A DNA stretch of 64,000 nucleotides from an uncultured delta proteobacterium. Lineage in GTDB: Bacteria; Myxococcota; Kuafuiibacteriia; Kuafuiibacteriales; Kuafuiibacteriaceae. This document shows positions 1 to 9,149 of the stretch, in pieces. Location of the stretch: the NCBI GenBank assembly GCA_963803435.1, contig CAWDML010000003.1, positions 992,001-1,056,000 on the forward strand. The letters are read 5' to 3'. The translations under genes and the position numbers were made by a program. The notes under the pieces were generated by a model. It saw only the letters and a program-made list of their open reading frames with translations, did not search any database and was not told the origin of the DNA. Every line of letters starts with the position of its first letter. Within the stretch, counting starts at the first letter, position 1.

Positions 1-1
1 G

Positions 2-520
2 GTCGACCCGGCCGAGCCCAAGGGACGGTTCCTCTCCGCCGGCGGGACGATCGGCTACGAGGTCGTCGATCACCGCTTCAGCGAAGCGGTCCACCTGCGG
101 TTCTCGCCGGTCATCGGGATCAACTGGAGCTCGATGTCGGTCCAGTCGCAGGGCGACAACACGGTGGTCGTCAGCTGGAGCGCCATCGACGCCAACGGCG
201 GCGTCGAGGCGTCGCTGATCCTCCTCCAGTCGCTGGCGATCGAGCTCCACGGACGCGGCGGCTACGTGTTCTCCTACTCCGAGAGTCCGAAGACCACCGG
301 AGAGGGCGGCGCCGGCTTCGATCTCAACGCGGGCCTCGCGCTCCGGTACTGGATCCTGGATCTCTTCGGGGTCTATCTCGACACCACGTACGAGTACATG
401 AAGGTCGGGATGAGCGGGATGGGCTCGCGCGTCGGGTTCGTCGACGACCCTCCGATCGTCGACGCCACGATCTACAGCGCCGATCTCAAGCTCGGTGCCG
501 GCTTGATGATCGGGATCTAG
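2..520 (+). CDS. Partial gene (5' end outside the window); probable outer-membrane beta-barrel C-terminus
   Basis: Frame is open from base 2 to TAG at 518-520. Amphipathic strands with aromatic girdle residues (ELHGRGGYVF, GFDLNAGLALRYW, LKLGAGLMIGI). Confidence 0.55.
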   Translation, partial: VDPAEPKGRFLSAGGTIGYEVVDHRFSEAVHLRFSPVIGINWSSMSVQSQGDNTVVVSWSAIDANGGVEASLILLQSLAIELHGRGGYVFSYSESPKTTGEGGAGFDLNAGLALRYWILDLFGVYLDTTYEYMKVGMSGMGSRVGFVDDPPIVDATIYSADLKLGAGLMIGI

Positions 521-585
521 GAGCGTGTAGCGCGTAGCGCTACCGCGAGCCCGGTCCGGGTCCCGGTCCCGGTCCCGGTCCCGAT
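521..585 (+). repeat. Left inverted repeat containing a CCGGTC/GGTCCC hexamer array
   Basis: GAGCGTGTAGCGCGTAGCGCTACCGCGAGCCCGGTCCGGGTCCCGGTCCCGGTCCCGGTCCCGAT is a near reverse complement of 1777-1842. Confidence 0.9.
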
Positions 586-590
586 GGCGA

Positions 591-800
591 TCATGCAGCC
601 CGGCGTGCGTTCATCGACTTGATGAGGCGCGTGAGCATCTCGACACTGCGCTTGAGCTTGGCTCTGGCGGCTTGGACCTTCTGCTCTTGGCGAGTCGGCG
701 CCTCGAGCAGGTGTGGAGTGAGGCGGCGCTTTCGGTGCCAGAGCGAAGTGCCATCCGGTAGAAGCGAGCCTTCTCAGGTGGATTGAACTCTCCGGCGCCC
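591..800 (-). pseudogene. Four-helix-bundle protein (23S rRNA IVP-like), C-terminal half, frameshifted
   Basis: Minus strand reads GAGEFNPPEKARFYRMALRSGTESAASLHTCSRRRLA, then after a frameshift EQKVQAARAKLKRSVEMLTRLIKSMNARRAA* (TGA at 591-593). This fits the family pattern (N)IAEG...E..RF..IA..S..E.....MLT.LI. Confidence 0.7.
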
Positions 801-1756
801 TGGAGCGAGCGCGCACGATCGACCAAGAGGAAGACGAGCGGCTGGGCGTTGAAGAGACTGAAGAGGACATCCCAGCGGAGCTCGCTCGCCGTGAATCCCG
901 CCTTGCCCGCATTCGAGAAGCGAAGGCTGCGCTGGAACAGGATGCCGCCAGGGCTCGCGCGGAGAAATTGCGCAGGCAAGCCGAAGAGCAGCAGAGCAAA
1001 GCGGATGATGCTCTTGTGGATCGGGTGGAGCAGAAGCGAGCGAGAACTCGAGCCGAGAAGGCAAGAGCGCAGGCTGACCAGCTCGAACCATCCCCAGACC
1101 CAACTGAACGAAATGATGGATGGCCGCATCATCGCGTTCCTGCAAATGTGGACGGCACACCGAGGCCCCACGCTCAGAGGAACTTCACCGACTCAGACAG
1201 CAGGATCATGTTGAAGGAGGGAGCGTACCTCCAGGCCTACAATGCCCAAGTTGTCGTAGATGAGCACGCTCAGGTGATTGTCGCCGAAGGGGTCAGCAAC
1301 CAGGCACCTGATCAGCAACACCTCGTCCCGATGCTCCGTGATGTGTTCGGCAACTGCGGCGATGCTCCGCGGAAGATGACGGCAGACAACGGCTATCTGA
1401 GCGCGACCAACATCGAATTCTGCGACAACAATCAGATCGATGCCCACATCGCTGTTGGACGCGAACAGAACCAAGACGCGTCGACTCCGTCCTCATCAGC
1501 TTCGGAGCCCACACCTGCCTCGCTCGCTCGCAAGCGAATGCGAGACAAGTTGCAAACGCGCGACGGCAAGGCGGTCTACGCCCGCAGGAAGAGTATCGTC
1601 GAACCGGCGCTCGGACAGATCAAAGGGGCACGAGGATTCCGCCGGTTCTCGCTCCGCTCCTTCTTCAAGGTACGAGCCGAGTGGACGCTCGTCTGCCTCA
1701 CCCACAACCTGCTCAAGCTCTACCGATCGAAGCTCGCGACCGTCGCGAGCGTCTGA
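800..1756 (+). pseudogene. IS1182-family transposase, N-terminally truncated
   Basis: In frame with ORF 968..1756. Motifs IPAELARRESRLARIREAK, NFTDSDSRIM, QAYNAQ, ADNGY, YARRKSIVEPALGQIK, GFRRFSLR, HNLLKL. The frame is closed by TGA at 719-721 and the N-terminal domain is absent. Confidence 0.85.
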
Positions 1757-1776
1757 CTCAAGGCAGCCATCTTCAG

Positions 1777-1842
1777 ATCGGGACCCGGACCGGGACCGGG
1801 ACCCGGACCGGGGTCGCGTGAGCGCTTACGCGCTACACGCTC
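1777..1842 (-). repeat. Right inverted repeat containing a GGGACC hexamer array
   Basis: ATCGGGACCCGGACCGGGACCGGGACCCGGACCGGGGTCGCGTGAGCGCTTACGCGCTACACGCTC. Confidence 0.9.
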
Positions 1843-1857
1843 CTAGCCTGTCCCCGG

Positions 1858-2706
1858 CTACGAGAACGTGGAGAGGACCGCGCCGGCGAAGAGGCCGGCC
1901 ACCGCCAGCGACAACGGCGCGATCCAGCGCCGCCCCGGGACGGGCAGCGGTTCGTCGAAGTCCAGGCACTCGGGCTCGTCGGTGAGGGTGTCGCCGGGCT
2001 CGAGCCGGGGGGCGGGGGTCGAGCGGCTCGGCGGGTCCCACGCGCCTTGCGCCTCGAGGTTCCGCACGGCCTCGGCGGCGGTGGGGCGCGCTCGGGGGTC
2101 GGGTTCGACCAGCTGGCTGACCGCGGGGGGCAGCGCGAAGTGGCGCGCGAGCTCGGAGAGCATGTGTCCCAGCCGCCAGACATCGCCGGAGGGGAGCGCT
2201 CGGCCGGCCGCCACCTCCTCGGGGGCCACGCGGATCGGCGGCACCTCGTCGGAGAGCCAGGGCCCGGCGGCGAACACCTGCGCGCCGGCGATCCGCCCCG
2301 AGGCCGTCACCGAGTGCTCCGACAGCAGCGGCGTGGTCCGGCCCCGGAGGTGGCGGGCCTCGAGCTGCGCGGCCAGACCGATCCCGAGCCCGATCAGATC
2401 ACCGGCGTGGCGAACCTTCGGCTTGGAGAGCTCCACCAAGGGGAGCAGCCACACCAGCGTGCGATTGTCGGCGGTGCCGAGGGCGCGGTGGGCGAGGATC
2501 GGATCGCCGGCGGCGGCGGCCTCGAGGGTCTCGAGCGAGAGCGATCGCTCGAACGTGTCGCGGGCCGCGCGATCCGGTCCCGGCGCCGCCCGGCGGAGCG
2601 GGAGGGTTTGAACCAGCACGTTGCCGCCCGCCGGCATGCGGGCGGGGAAGAAGCGGCCGCCGGGCGCGGCCCGGCCGAGGGGTGGCCGTCGGGTCATGCC
2701 CATCAC
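1858..2706 (-). CDS. Degenerate Ser/Thr kinase-like (pseudokinase) membrane protein
   Basis: Retains C-lobe motifs VAPEE, GDVWRLG and DPRARPTA, but no HRD, DFG or VAIK is visible. C-terminal TM helix. Confidence 0.5.
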   Translation of the reverse strand: MMGMTRRPPLGRAAPGGRFFPARMPAGGNVLVQTLPLRRAAPGPDRAARDTFERSLSLETLEAAAAGDPILAHRALGTADNRTLVWLLPLVELSKPKVRHAGDLIGLGIGLAAQLEARHLRGRTTPLLSEHSVTASGRIAGAQVFAAGPWLSDEVPPIRVAPEEVAAGRALPSGDVWRLGHMLSELARHFALPPAVSQLVEPDPRARPTAAEAVRNLEAQGAWDPPSRSTPAPRLEPGDTLTDEPECLDFDEPLPVPGRRWIAPLSLAVAGLFAGAVLSTFS

Positions 2707-2805
2707 GACGCTGGGATTGGGAGTCAGTCGCGTTTTTTTTGTCGGAGAGCGCCGTCACGGCGCCAACGCTCGACAATCGGTCCCGGGCAAACGTAGCGTT
2801 CGCCC

Positions 2806-3969
2806 GTGGTCCGCGCCCGCCGGCCTCGTGAGACCCCGCAGCCGAAGCGGCGCGCTCGGACCCAGCCCAGCAGCGCCCTCCTCGATCGCGGTCGATCCAT
2901 CCTCCACGAAGAAGCGGAGGCGCTCCGGGCGGCCAGCCGCCGGATGAACGGCGACTTCGTCCAGGCCGTCCGAGCCATCGCCTCCGCCGAGGGCCGCCTG
3001 GTGGTCACCGGCATGGGGAAGGCGAACTTCGTGGCGCAGAAGATCTCGGCCACCTTCGCCTCAATCGGGATCCCGTCGCTCTTCCTCCACCCGGCCGACG
3101 CGCTCCACGGCGACCTGGGCCGGCTGACCGCTCAGGATCTGGTGCTGGCGCTCTCCCACTCGGGCGAGACGGACGAGATGGTGCGGTTGATCGATCCGGT
3201 GCGGCAGATGGGCGCGACGCTGCTGGCGATGGTCGGCTCGAAGCGCTCGACGCTCGGGGCGCGCGCGGACCTCGCCCTCGAGATCGGCGTTCAGGAGGAG
3301 GCGGGGCACGGTCTCGCACCGACGACCTCCACCACCGTGATGCTCGCGATGGGAGACGCGCTCGCGATGGCGGCGATCGAGCTCCGCGACTTCTCCAACG
3401 ACGAGTTCCAGCGGCTCCACCCCGGCGGCGCCATCGGTCGCAAGTTGATGCGGGTCGCCGACGTCATGCGCAAGGGCGAGGCCCTTCCGCTGGTGAAGAC
3501 GCAATCGCCTCTGTCCGAGGTGATCGGCGTGATGACGAAGACGCCGGGCCGCCCCGGCGCCGCGGTCGTGGTCGGCGCGCGGAACGCGATCGCCGGGATC
3601 TTCACCGATGGCGATCTCCGGCGCCTCGCCGAGGCGGGCGCGCTGGCGCTGGACCGCCCCGTCGGCGAGGTGATGTGCGCGGATCCGAAGACCGTCCGCC
3701 CCGAGGAGCACGTGGTCGATGCGGCGCGTCTCTTGACCACGCACTCGATCGATCAGGTCCCGGTGGTGGACGGGAAGCGACGCGTCGTCGGCCTCCTCGA
3801 CGTCCAGGAGCTCCTCGCCCACCGGATCCTCCGATCGGTCCCGCTGCCGACCTCACTCCGCCTGCGACGAGCCAGAGGTCCTAAGTTCGGCGACTTCACA
3901 TCGCCGATAATGGCGAGGCCTCGCAAGGAGCGAAGCGACGCGCAGCAGCGCGCGAAGCGCGGTGCGTAG
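2806..3969 (+). CDS. kdsD: Arabinose-5-phosphate isomerase KpsF/GutQ/KdsD (SIS + 2 CBS)
   Basis: VTGMGKA, KISATFAS, HPADALHGDLG, SHSGET, APTTSTT, HPGGAIG, GIFTDGDLRR. Confidence 0.9.
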   Translation: MVRARRPRETPQPKRRARTQPSSALLDRGRSILHEEAEALRAASRRMNGDFVQAVRAIASAEGRLVVTGMGKANFVAQKISATFASIGIPSLFLHPADALHGDLGRLTAQDLVLALSHSGETDEMVRLIDPVRQMGATLLAMVGSKRSTLGARADLALEIGVQEEAGHGLAPTTSTTVMLAMGDALAMAAIELRDFSNDEFQRLHPGGAIGRKLMRVADVMRKGEALPLVKTQSPLSEVIGVMTKTPGRPGAAVVVGARNAIAGIFTDGDLRRLAEAGALALDRPVGEVMCADPKTVRPEEHVVDAARLLTTHSIDQVPVVDGKRRVVGLLDVQELLAHRILRSVPLPTSLRLRRARGPKFGDFTSPIMARPRKERSDAQQRAKRGA

Positions 3970-3994
3970 GGCCGCAGGCGACTTCACGTCGCCG
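3888..3994. repeat. Pair of REP-like palindromes GGCGACTTCAC(A/G)TCGCC
   Basis: Copies at ~3889-3905 and ~3977-3993, each forming a GGCGA/TCGCC stem. Confidence 0.55.
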
Positions 3995-4048
3995 CTAACG
4001 GCCAAGGCCCGCTTGCCCGGCAGGGCGTCCGCCGCTTAGAAGGGGCGG

Positions 4049-4918
4049 ATGCGCCGGGTCGCGATCCTGCTCGTCCTGACGGCGTGCACGAAGCCGGGAC
4101 CCGGGCTGGTCGATGGGGGTGGCTTCGTCCTGCCGGACGCCGGCAAGCGGGACGCGGGGACTCCGGACTCGGGCGCGGGCGACAGTGGGCCGTTCGTGTG
4201 TGCGGAGCCGTGCACAGGCGGGACCGTCTGTGGATGCGTCGATCGCGACTGCGGGTGTCAAACGCCGGCGGGCAACGACGAGCTGTGCGATCCGCAGGCA
4301 CCGGCCACGTGTCGGAGCGGACTGTCGTGCCTGCGTGCGCGCCGAGCGGGGGTCGACGTCTACGTCTGCTCGAACGGCGCCGAGGGGACCTCGTGCTCGC
4401 ACACCGCCGACATCTGTACGACCGCGCTCGGCTGCGTCTGTCTCACGCCGCCCACGCATACGACCGACTGCCACTGCGTCGAGTCCGTGACCTCGCCTTC
4501 GCTCTGCGATCCGCTGGTGCCGCTGTCGTGTCCAGGGAACGTGTGCGTGCGCGTCGACGCGCCCGGCGGAGCGTACTTCGTCTGCAGCGACGGTGCGCTC
4601 AACTCGCCGTGCGATCAGGCGCAGGACAACTGCCAGACGTCGCTCGGATGCATCTGCCCGCTGGTCTCGGGACGCGAGCGCTGCCTCTGCGGCGAGCCTT
4701 CGGGCGAGGGCGGGCCGTGCGATCCGAACGAGCCGGCGTCGTGCGTCGACGGGCTCGACTGCGTGGTGGCCGGCAATCCGATGGAGGGCGCGTCGACCGT
4801 GTGCAGCGGTGGGCCGAGCCTCCCCGACGGCGGGATCCCGTGCGATCCGAACAATCCGACCAGCTGCCCGCCCGGGCAGATCTGCGAGGAAGGACCGGGC
4901 GGCTTCACCTGTGGTTGA
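4049..4918 (+). CDS. Cysteine-rich lipoprotein of myxobacterial type
   Basis: Lipobox LVLTAC, DAG/DSG linker, and repeated CDP..P.SC..G..C units. Confidence 0.75.
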   Translation: MRRVAILLVLTACTKPGPGLVDGGGFVLPDAGKRDAGTPDSGAGDSGPFVCAEPCTGGTVCGCVDRDCGCQTPAGNDELCDPQAPATCRSGLSCLRARRAGVDVYVCSNGAEGTSCSHTADICTTALGCVCLTPPTHTTDCHCVESVTSPSLCDPLVPLSCPGNVCVRVDAPGGAYFVCSDGALNSPCDQAQDNCQTSLGCICPLVSGRERCLCGEPSGEGGPCDPNEPASCVDGLDCVVAGNPMEGASTVCSGGPSLPDGGIPCDPNNPTSCPPGQICEEGPGGFTCG

Positions 4919-5591
4919 ACGCATCGTGGCGGACCGCGCGCTGGTGGTGATGGCGAAGGTTCCGCGCCCCGGGCGGGTCAAGACGCGCATGGGGTTGCCG
5001 GGCGAGATGGCGAGCCGGGTCTACGCCGAGCTCTTGGAGGCGGTGCTCGTACGCGCCGATCGGGCGCACGACCAGGTCGGGTTCGAGCGCGTGCTCGCGG
5101 TGGCGCTGTCGCCCGAGGACGCAAAGGCGGACGCCGAGGCGCTGGCCCCCGAGGGGTGGCGCGTGGTGCTGCAGCGGGGCGCGGACCTGGGCGAGCGGAT
5201 CCAGGCGGCCGCCGCGGACGCCGGGGCGGCGCGAACGGTGATCGTCGGCTCGGACGCGCCCACGCTTCCGGAAGACCGGATCCCGGGGGCGTTCGAGGCG
5301 CTGACGCGCGCGCGCGCCGTGTTCGGCCCCACGGAGGACGGCGGCTACTACTTGGTCGGTCTTCGCGGTCCGGAGCCCCGGCTCTTCGACGGGATCCCCT
5401 GGTCGACGGACGCGGTCATGGCCCGCACCCGAGCTGCGGCGAGGGCCGCCGGGATCGAGCTCGTCGAGCTTTCGCCCTGGTACGACGTGGACCGCCTGGA
5501 GGACCTCCAGAGGGCCGCGGCCGACGGATTCGCTTGCCGAGCCTCGAGTTTCGTCCTAGTACCAGCACCCCATGGCAAAGACCGCCCGTGA
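4911..5591 (+). CDS. DUF2064/TIGR04282-family glycosyltransferase-like protein
   Basis: [58 protein letters not shown] start at 4911 overlaps the upstream stop. Confidence 0.85.
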   Translation: MVERIVADRALVVMAKVPRPGRVKTRMGLPGEMASRVYAELLEAVLVRADRAHDQVGFERVLAVALSPEDAKADAEALAPEGWRVVLQRGADLGERIQAAAADAGAARTVIVGSDAPTLPEDRIPGAFEALTRARAVFGPTEDGGYYLVGLRGPEPRLFDGIPWSTDAVMARTRAAARAAGIELVELSPWYDVDRLEDLQRAAADGFACRASSFVLVPAPHGKDRP

Positions 5592-5739
5592 GCTGATCAA
5601 GCTCGAGTCGTCGGCCGGCACCGGATTCTTCTACGTCACCACGAAGAACCGCCGCACGCAGACCACCAAGCTGGAGAAGAAGAAGTACGACCCCAAGGTC
5701 CGCAAGCACGTGCTCTTCGTGGAGAAGAAGCTGAAGTAG
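5572..5739 (+). CDS. rpmG: 50S ribosomal protein L33 (Cys-free, Zn-independent type)
   Basis: Not in the ORF track. Translates to [55 protein letters not shown]. Confidence 0.97.
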   Translation: MAKTARELIKLESSAGTGFFYVTTKNRRTQTTKLEKKKYDPKVRKHVLFVEKKLK

Positions 5740-5741
5740 CC

Positions 5742-6035
5742 GTGAGCACCATCAAGGTCACGCAGGCCCATCAGCTCAGCATCGACGACGCCAAGAGCGC
5801 GCTCAGCGGCTTCGAGCAGGACCTGAAGAAGTACATGGTGAAGCTGGCCTGGTCCGGTCCAAACGCCGAGCTCAAGGGCACCGGCGTCTCGGGCGACGTC
5901 AAGGTCACCACCGCCGACGTCACCGTGACGGTGAAGCTCGGGATGTTGGCGAAGGCCGCCGGCGTGAAAGCCGATCTCCTCGAGAAGTCGATCGCCAAGC
6001 GGCTGAAGTCGGCGCTCGCGCCGGCCGATTCTTGA
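5742..6035 (+). CDS. Polyhydroxyalkanoic acid system family small protein
   Basis: 97 aa with I.V...H.L....AK, W.G....KGTGVSG.V.V and V...LGML pattern. Confidence 0.7.
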   Translation: MSTIKVTQAHQLSIDDAKSALSGFEQDLKKYMVKLAWSGPNAELKGTGVSGDVKVTTADVTVTVKLGMLAKAAGVKADLLEKSIAKRLKSALAPADS

Positions 6036-6069
6036 ATTACCGCCTGATCTGCGCAAACCTCGCCGGCGG

Positions 6070-6735
6070 ATGCGCCTCGTCGCTGCCGGTGTGCTGCTCT
6101 TGACGCTCGGCGGCCCCGGATCCGCGTGGGCCGACGGCCAGCGGGACCTCGAGGACGGTATCGCGTTCTACGAGAACCTGGACACCGATCGCGCGATCGA
6201 TCGGCTCACCCGCGCCTCCACGGCCACCGATCTGGGACCGGACGATCGGGCGAAGGCGTTCCTGTACCTCGGCATGCTGCAGTTCGAGATCGGGAGCACC
6301 GGCGATGCCCGGACCTCGTGGACCCACGCCATCGAGCTGAAGCACGACGTTCGGATCCCGGACGGCACCTCGCCGAAGACGATCGAGGCCATCGAGGCGA
6401 TCCGCGCCAAGATCCCGGTGTCTCCGGGTGAGGCCAAGGTCAGCCCGCCGCCGCCCGAGATCACGCCTCCGCCTCCGCCTCCGCCTCCGCCTCCGCCGCC
6501 CGTGGAGATCGCGCCGCCGCCCCCGCCGCCGCCGATCGATCACGCGATCGGGGAGCCGCCTCCGCCGCCGGTGGAGGAGGGCGGATCGAACGTATGGCTT
6601 TGGGTCGGGATCGGGGCGGGCGCCGCGGCGGCCGTGGCGGTGGTGATCGTGGTGGTCGCGGTGGTGGCGGGCGGCGGCAGCGGCAGCGATTGCGACATGG
6701 GAGGAGGCGGATGTCTCGGCGTCACGTTCCAGTGA
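6070..6735 (+). CDS. Secreted TPR-like protein with Pro-rich linker and C-terminal TM helix
   Basis: Signal peptide, TPR-like helices (AKAFLYLGMLQF), poly-Pro encoded by (CCGCCT)n, and WLWVGIGAGAAAAVAVV. Confidence 0.75.
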   Translation: MRLVAAGVLLLTLGGPGSAWADGQRDLEDGIAFYENLDTDRAIDRLTRASTATDLGPDDRAKAFLYLGMLQFEIGSTGDARTSWTHAIELKHDVRIPDGTSPKTIEAIEAIRAKIPVSPGEAKVSPPPPEITPPPPPPPPPPPPVEIAPPPPPPPIDHAIGEPPPPPVEEGGSNVWLWVGIGAGAAAAVAVVIVVVAVVAGGGSGSDCDMGGGGCLGVTFQ

Positions 6736-7127
6736 TGGCGGTGCTCGCGGCGCTGTGCGCGTGCGGGTCCGGTGAGCCCCAGCTCGACCTCGCGATGCGA
6801 ATGTCGCCGGAGCTCGCCATGGCGGATCACGCGGTGGTCGTCCTCTTCACCGCCGCGCCACCGACCAGCTGCGAGGTCCTGCGGCTCTCCGAGAAGGACG
6901 AGCCGATCCCGAAGCGGGGTGCGTACCGCTCCGAGGTCACGATCAGCGGCACGGGCCCCCAGGACACCGAGTTCTTCGAGCTGGTGCCGGGCGACTACCA
7001 GATCGCGGTCTTCGTCTACGCCGCCGGCGGCGGGCTCGTCGGCTTCGGCTGTCGACCCGAGCCGGTGACGATCGAGCTGGGCAAGCGCACCGAAGCGCCC
7101 GTGATCGAGGTCCGCGCGCTCCCTTGA
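6711..7127 (+). CDS. Hypothetical lipoprotein
   Basis: MSRRHVPVMAVLAALCAC lipobox followed by a beta-rich domain. The start may instead be at 6735. Confidence 0.6.
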   Translation: MSRRHVPVMAVLAALCACGSGEPQLDLAMRMSPELAMADHAVVVLFTAAPPTSCEVLRLSEKDEPIPKRGAYRSEVTISGTGPQDTEFFELVPGDYQIAVFVYAAGGGLVGFGCRPEPVTIELGKRTEAPVIEVRALP

Positions 7128-7128
7128 G

Positions 7129-8994
7129 TCAGAACTTCACGGTGATCAGCTTCTCCGGATCACCGGCCTTCACGTTGATCGGAAAGATGCGTTCGTCGCT
7201 GCCTTCGCCGCTGATCAGGCGAAGAGTGTGCTCACCTTCGTAGAGCGCGAACTGGATCGGCGTGCGCCCCTTCTCGGTGCCGTCGACGTAGACGGTCGCC
7301 CACGGCCTCGAGACCAGGCGGACCATGCCCCGGCCGAACACGATCTTCTCCTCGGCCACACCGCCCTCGCTGACGTCGACCTGCACCGTCCGCTTGAGCC
7401 CGAGACCCTTGTGGGTGAGCAGGAGCGTGTGGCTGCCGACCGGCAGCCGGGTGTCGAGCGGGGTCTTGCCGAGCCTCTTCTTCCCCAGCATCACGGTCAG
7501 GCCTCGAGGGACGGAGTTGATGGCGATCCGTCCCGAGGGGCCCGCGGGGCGCACGTGCTTGGCGCGCCGCCGCGGCGGCGGCGGGACCACGGGCGGTGGC
7601 GACTCCACTTCGGGCGCCACCGGCTTCACCTCGGGCTCGACCCGCGGCGGGACGGTCGCCTCGATTGGAGCCTTGGCCGCCAGCACGGTCTCTTGGGGCG
7701 CAGGCTCCACGAGGATCGCCGGGGGCGCGTGGGTCGCCCACCACACCCCGATGCCGCCGACCAGGGCCGAGGCCAGGAACACGCCGATCACGCCCGGCGA
7801 GAGGCGACGGTCCAGCCCCGCCGCGCTCATCTCCCCGGCGATGCCGTTCATCGTCGACACATGCGCGTGCTCCGCGGTGGGGGTCGGCGTGAAGGCGCGG
7901 GGCGGCGGCGTCGCGCGCGGCTTGGCGCCCTGCGGTACGTAGGGCGTGGCAGGCGGCAGCACGTCCTTCGCCTCGAGGTCGGGCGCGTTCCCCTGGGCGA
8001 AGCCGACGCCGTAGCGCGGGATCTTGAGCTTGGTGGCGTCGAACATCGAGTCCGTATCGCTCTCCGTCAGGCTCTGGATGAACTCGGCGACCACATGCCG
8101 GCCGAGGGGCGTCGGGCAGTCCCGGAGGACGGACTGTAGATCGACCTGGAAGTCCCGCGCGCGCTGGTAACGGTCCTGCGGGTACTTCTCGAGGCTCCGG
8201 TACAGACCGCGCTCGATCCCGATCGGGCAGTCGGGGACGAACGCGGTCACCGCCGGCGGCGGATCCTCGAGGATCGACTTGAGCGTCATGATCTCGTTCG
8301 GCCCGTTGAACGGCCGGTCGCCGACCAACAGCTCGTAGAAGCAGACCCCGAGGGAGAACAGATCGGAGCGGCGATCGATCGGCTCGCCGGAGGCCTGCTC
8401 CGGAGACATGTAGGCCACCTTGCCCTTGAGCATTCCGGCCTGGGTCTCCCCGCTGATCGTCGATCCTTTGACGATGCCGAAGTCGACCAGCTTCACCGCC
8501 CCCTCGTAGGAGACCAGGATGTTCTGCGGAGAGATGTCCCGGTGGACCAGGTGGAGGGGCGTCCCGGCGTCCGGATCACGGAAGTTGTGGGCGTACTCGA
8601 GGCCGTCGAGCGCCTGCGTCATCATGAAGGCGGCCAGCTCCGGGGGTATGAGGATCCCTTTCTCGGCGCACATCATGTTGAGCTGGCGAAGGTTGAGCCC
8701 GTTCACCAGCTCCATCGCGATGTAGAACTGACCTTGCTCGTCCTGGCCCAGCTCGAAGATCTGGACCAGGTTCGGGTGGTCGAACATGGCCGTGACCCGG
8801 GCCTCGGTCAGGAACATGCGGGTGAACGTTTGGTCCGCCGCGAACTGCGGGAGGATCCGCTTGAGCGCACAGCGCTTTTCGAAGCCGCCCGGACCCAGGA
8901 ACCGGGCGAGGAACAGCTCCGCCATCCCACCGGTGGCGATCTTCCGGATGATCTCGTATCGGCCGATTCGTTTCACTGTCGGCTCGTCGGGCAT
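7129..8994 (-). CDS. Ser/Thr protein kinase with TM helix and PEGA domains
   Basis: ATGGMAE, ALKRI, HRDISPQN, DFG, YMSPEQ, SDLFSLG. C-terminal LGKTPL and PWATVYVDG..GRTP PEGA repeats. Confidence 0.95.
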   Translation of the reverse strand: MPDEPTVKRIGRYEIIRKIATGGMAELFLARFLGPGGFEKRCALKRILPQFAADQTFTRMFLTEARVTAMFDHPNLVQIFELGQDEQGQFYIAMELVNGLNLRQLNMMCAEKGILIPPELAAFMMTQALDGLEYAHNFRDPDAGTPLHLVHRDISPQNILVSYEGAVKLVDFGIVKGSTISGETQAGMLKGKVAYMSPEQASGEPIDRRSDLFSLGVCFYELLVGDRPFNGPNEIMTLKSILEDPPPAVTAFVPDCPIGIERGLYRSLEKYPQDRYQRARDFQVDLQSVLRDCPTPLGRHVVAEFIQSLTESDTDSMFDATKLKIPRYGVGFAQGNAPDLEAKDVLPPATPYVPQGAKPRATPPPRAFTPTPTAEHAHVSTMNGIAGEMSAAGLDRRLSPGVIGVFLASALVGGIGVWWATHAPPAILVEPAPQETVLAAKAPIEATVPPRVEPEVKPVAPEVESPPPVVPPPPRRRAKHVRPAGPSGRIAINSVPRGLTVMLGKKRLGKTPLDTRLPVGSHTLLLTHKGLGLKRTVQVDVSEGGVAEEKIVFGRGMVRLVSRPWATVYVDGTEKGRTPIQFALYEGEHTLRLISGEGSDERIFPINVKAGDPEKLITVKF

Positions 8995-9149
8995 CCGAGC
9001 TAAGCCTCCCGTACTTCCTGGATCGCAGTCAAACTGCCCCTCCTGACTCTACTGACTGCGCGAGGGGCCCGGCGCCTTCTGTCAAAATCCACATCCTCGC
9101 CTCGTCTCCCACCCCACACGGCCGTCGCTCCCGGATAGCATGACACGCC

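Larger units (their letters stand above)
521..1842. mobile_element. IS1182-family-like element, internally deleted, flanked by CTAG on both sides
   Basis: CTAG at 517-520 and 1843-1846. Imperfect ~65-bp inverted ends start GAGCGTGTAGCGCGTA (521) and end TACGCGCTACACGCTC (1842). Contains a transposase remnant and has lower GC than the flanks. Confidence 0.85.

Noticed and set aside
550-585. Hexamer arrays as CRISPR or iterons
   Set aside because: There are no spacers and no cas or rep genes; the arrays are part of the inverted ends of the IS-like element.
6440-6570. (CCGCCT)n and CCG runs; also (GGCTCG)n at ~53230-53385
   Set aside because: They encode in-frame poly-Pro and EP linkers, which are ordinary in this lineage.
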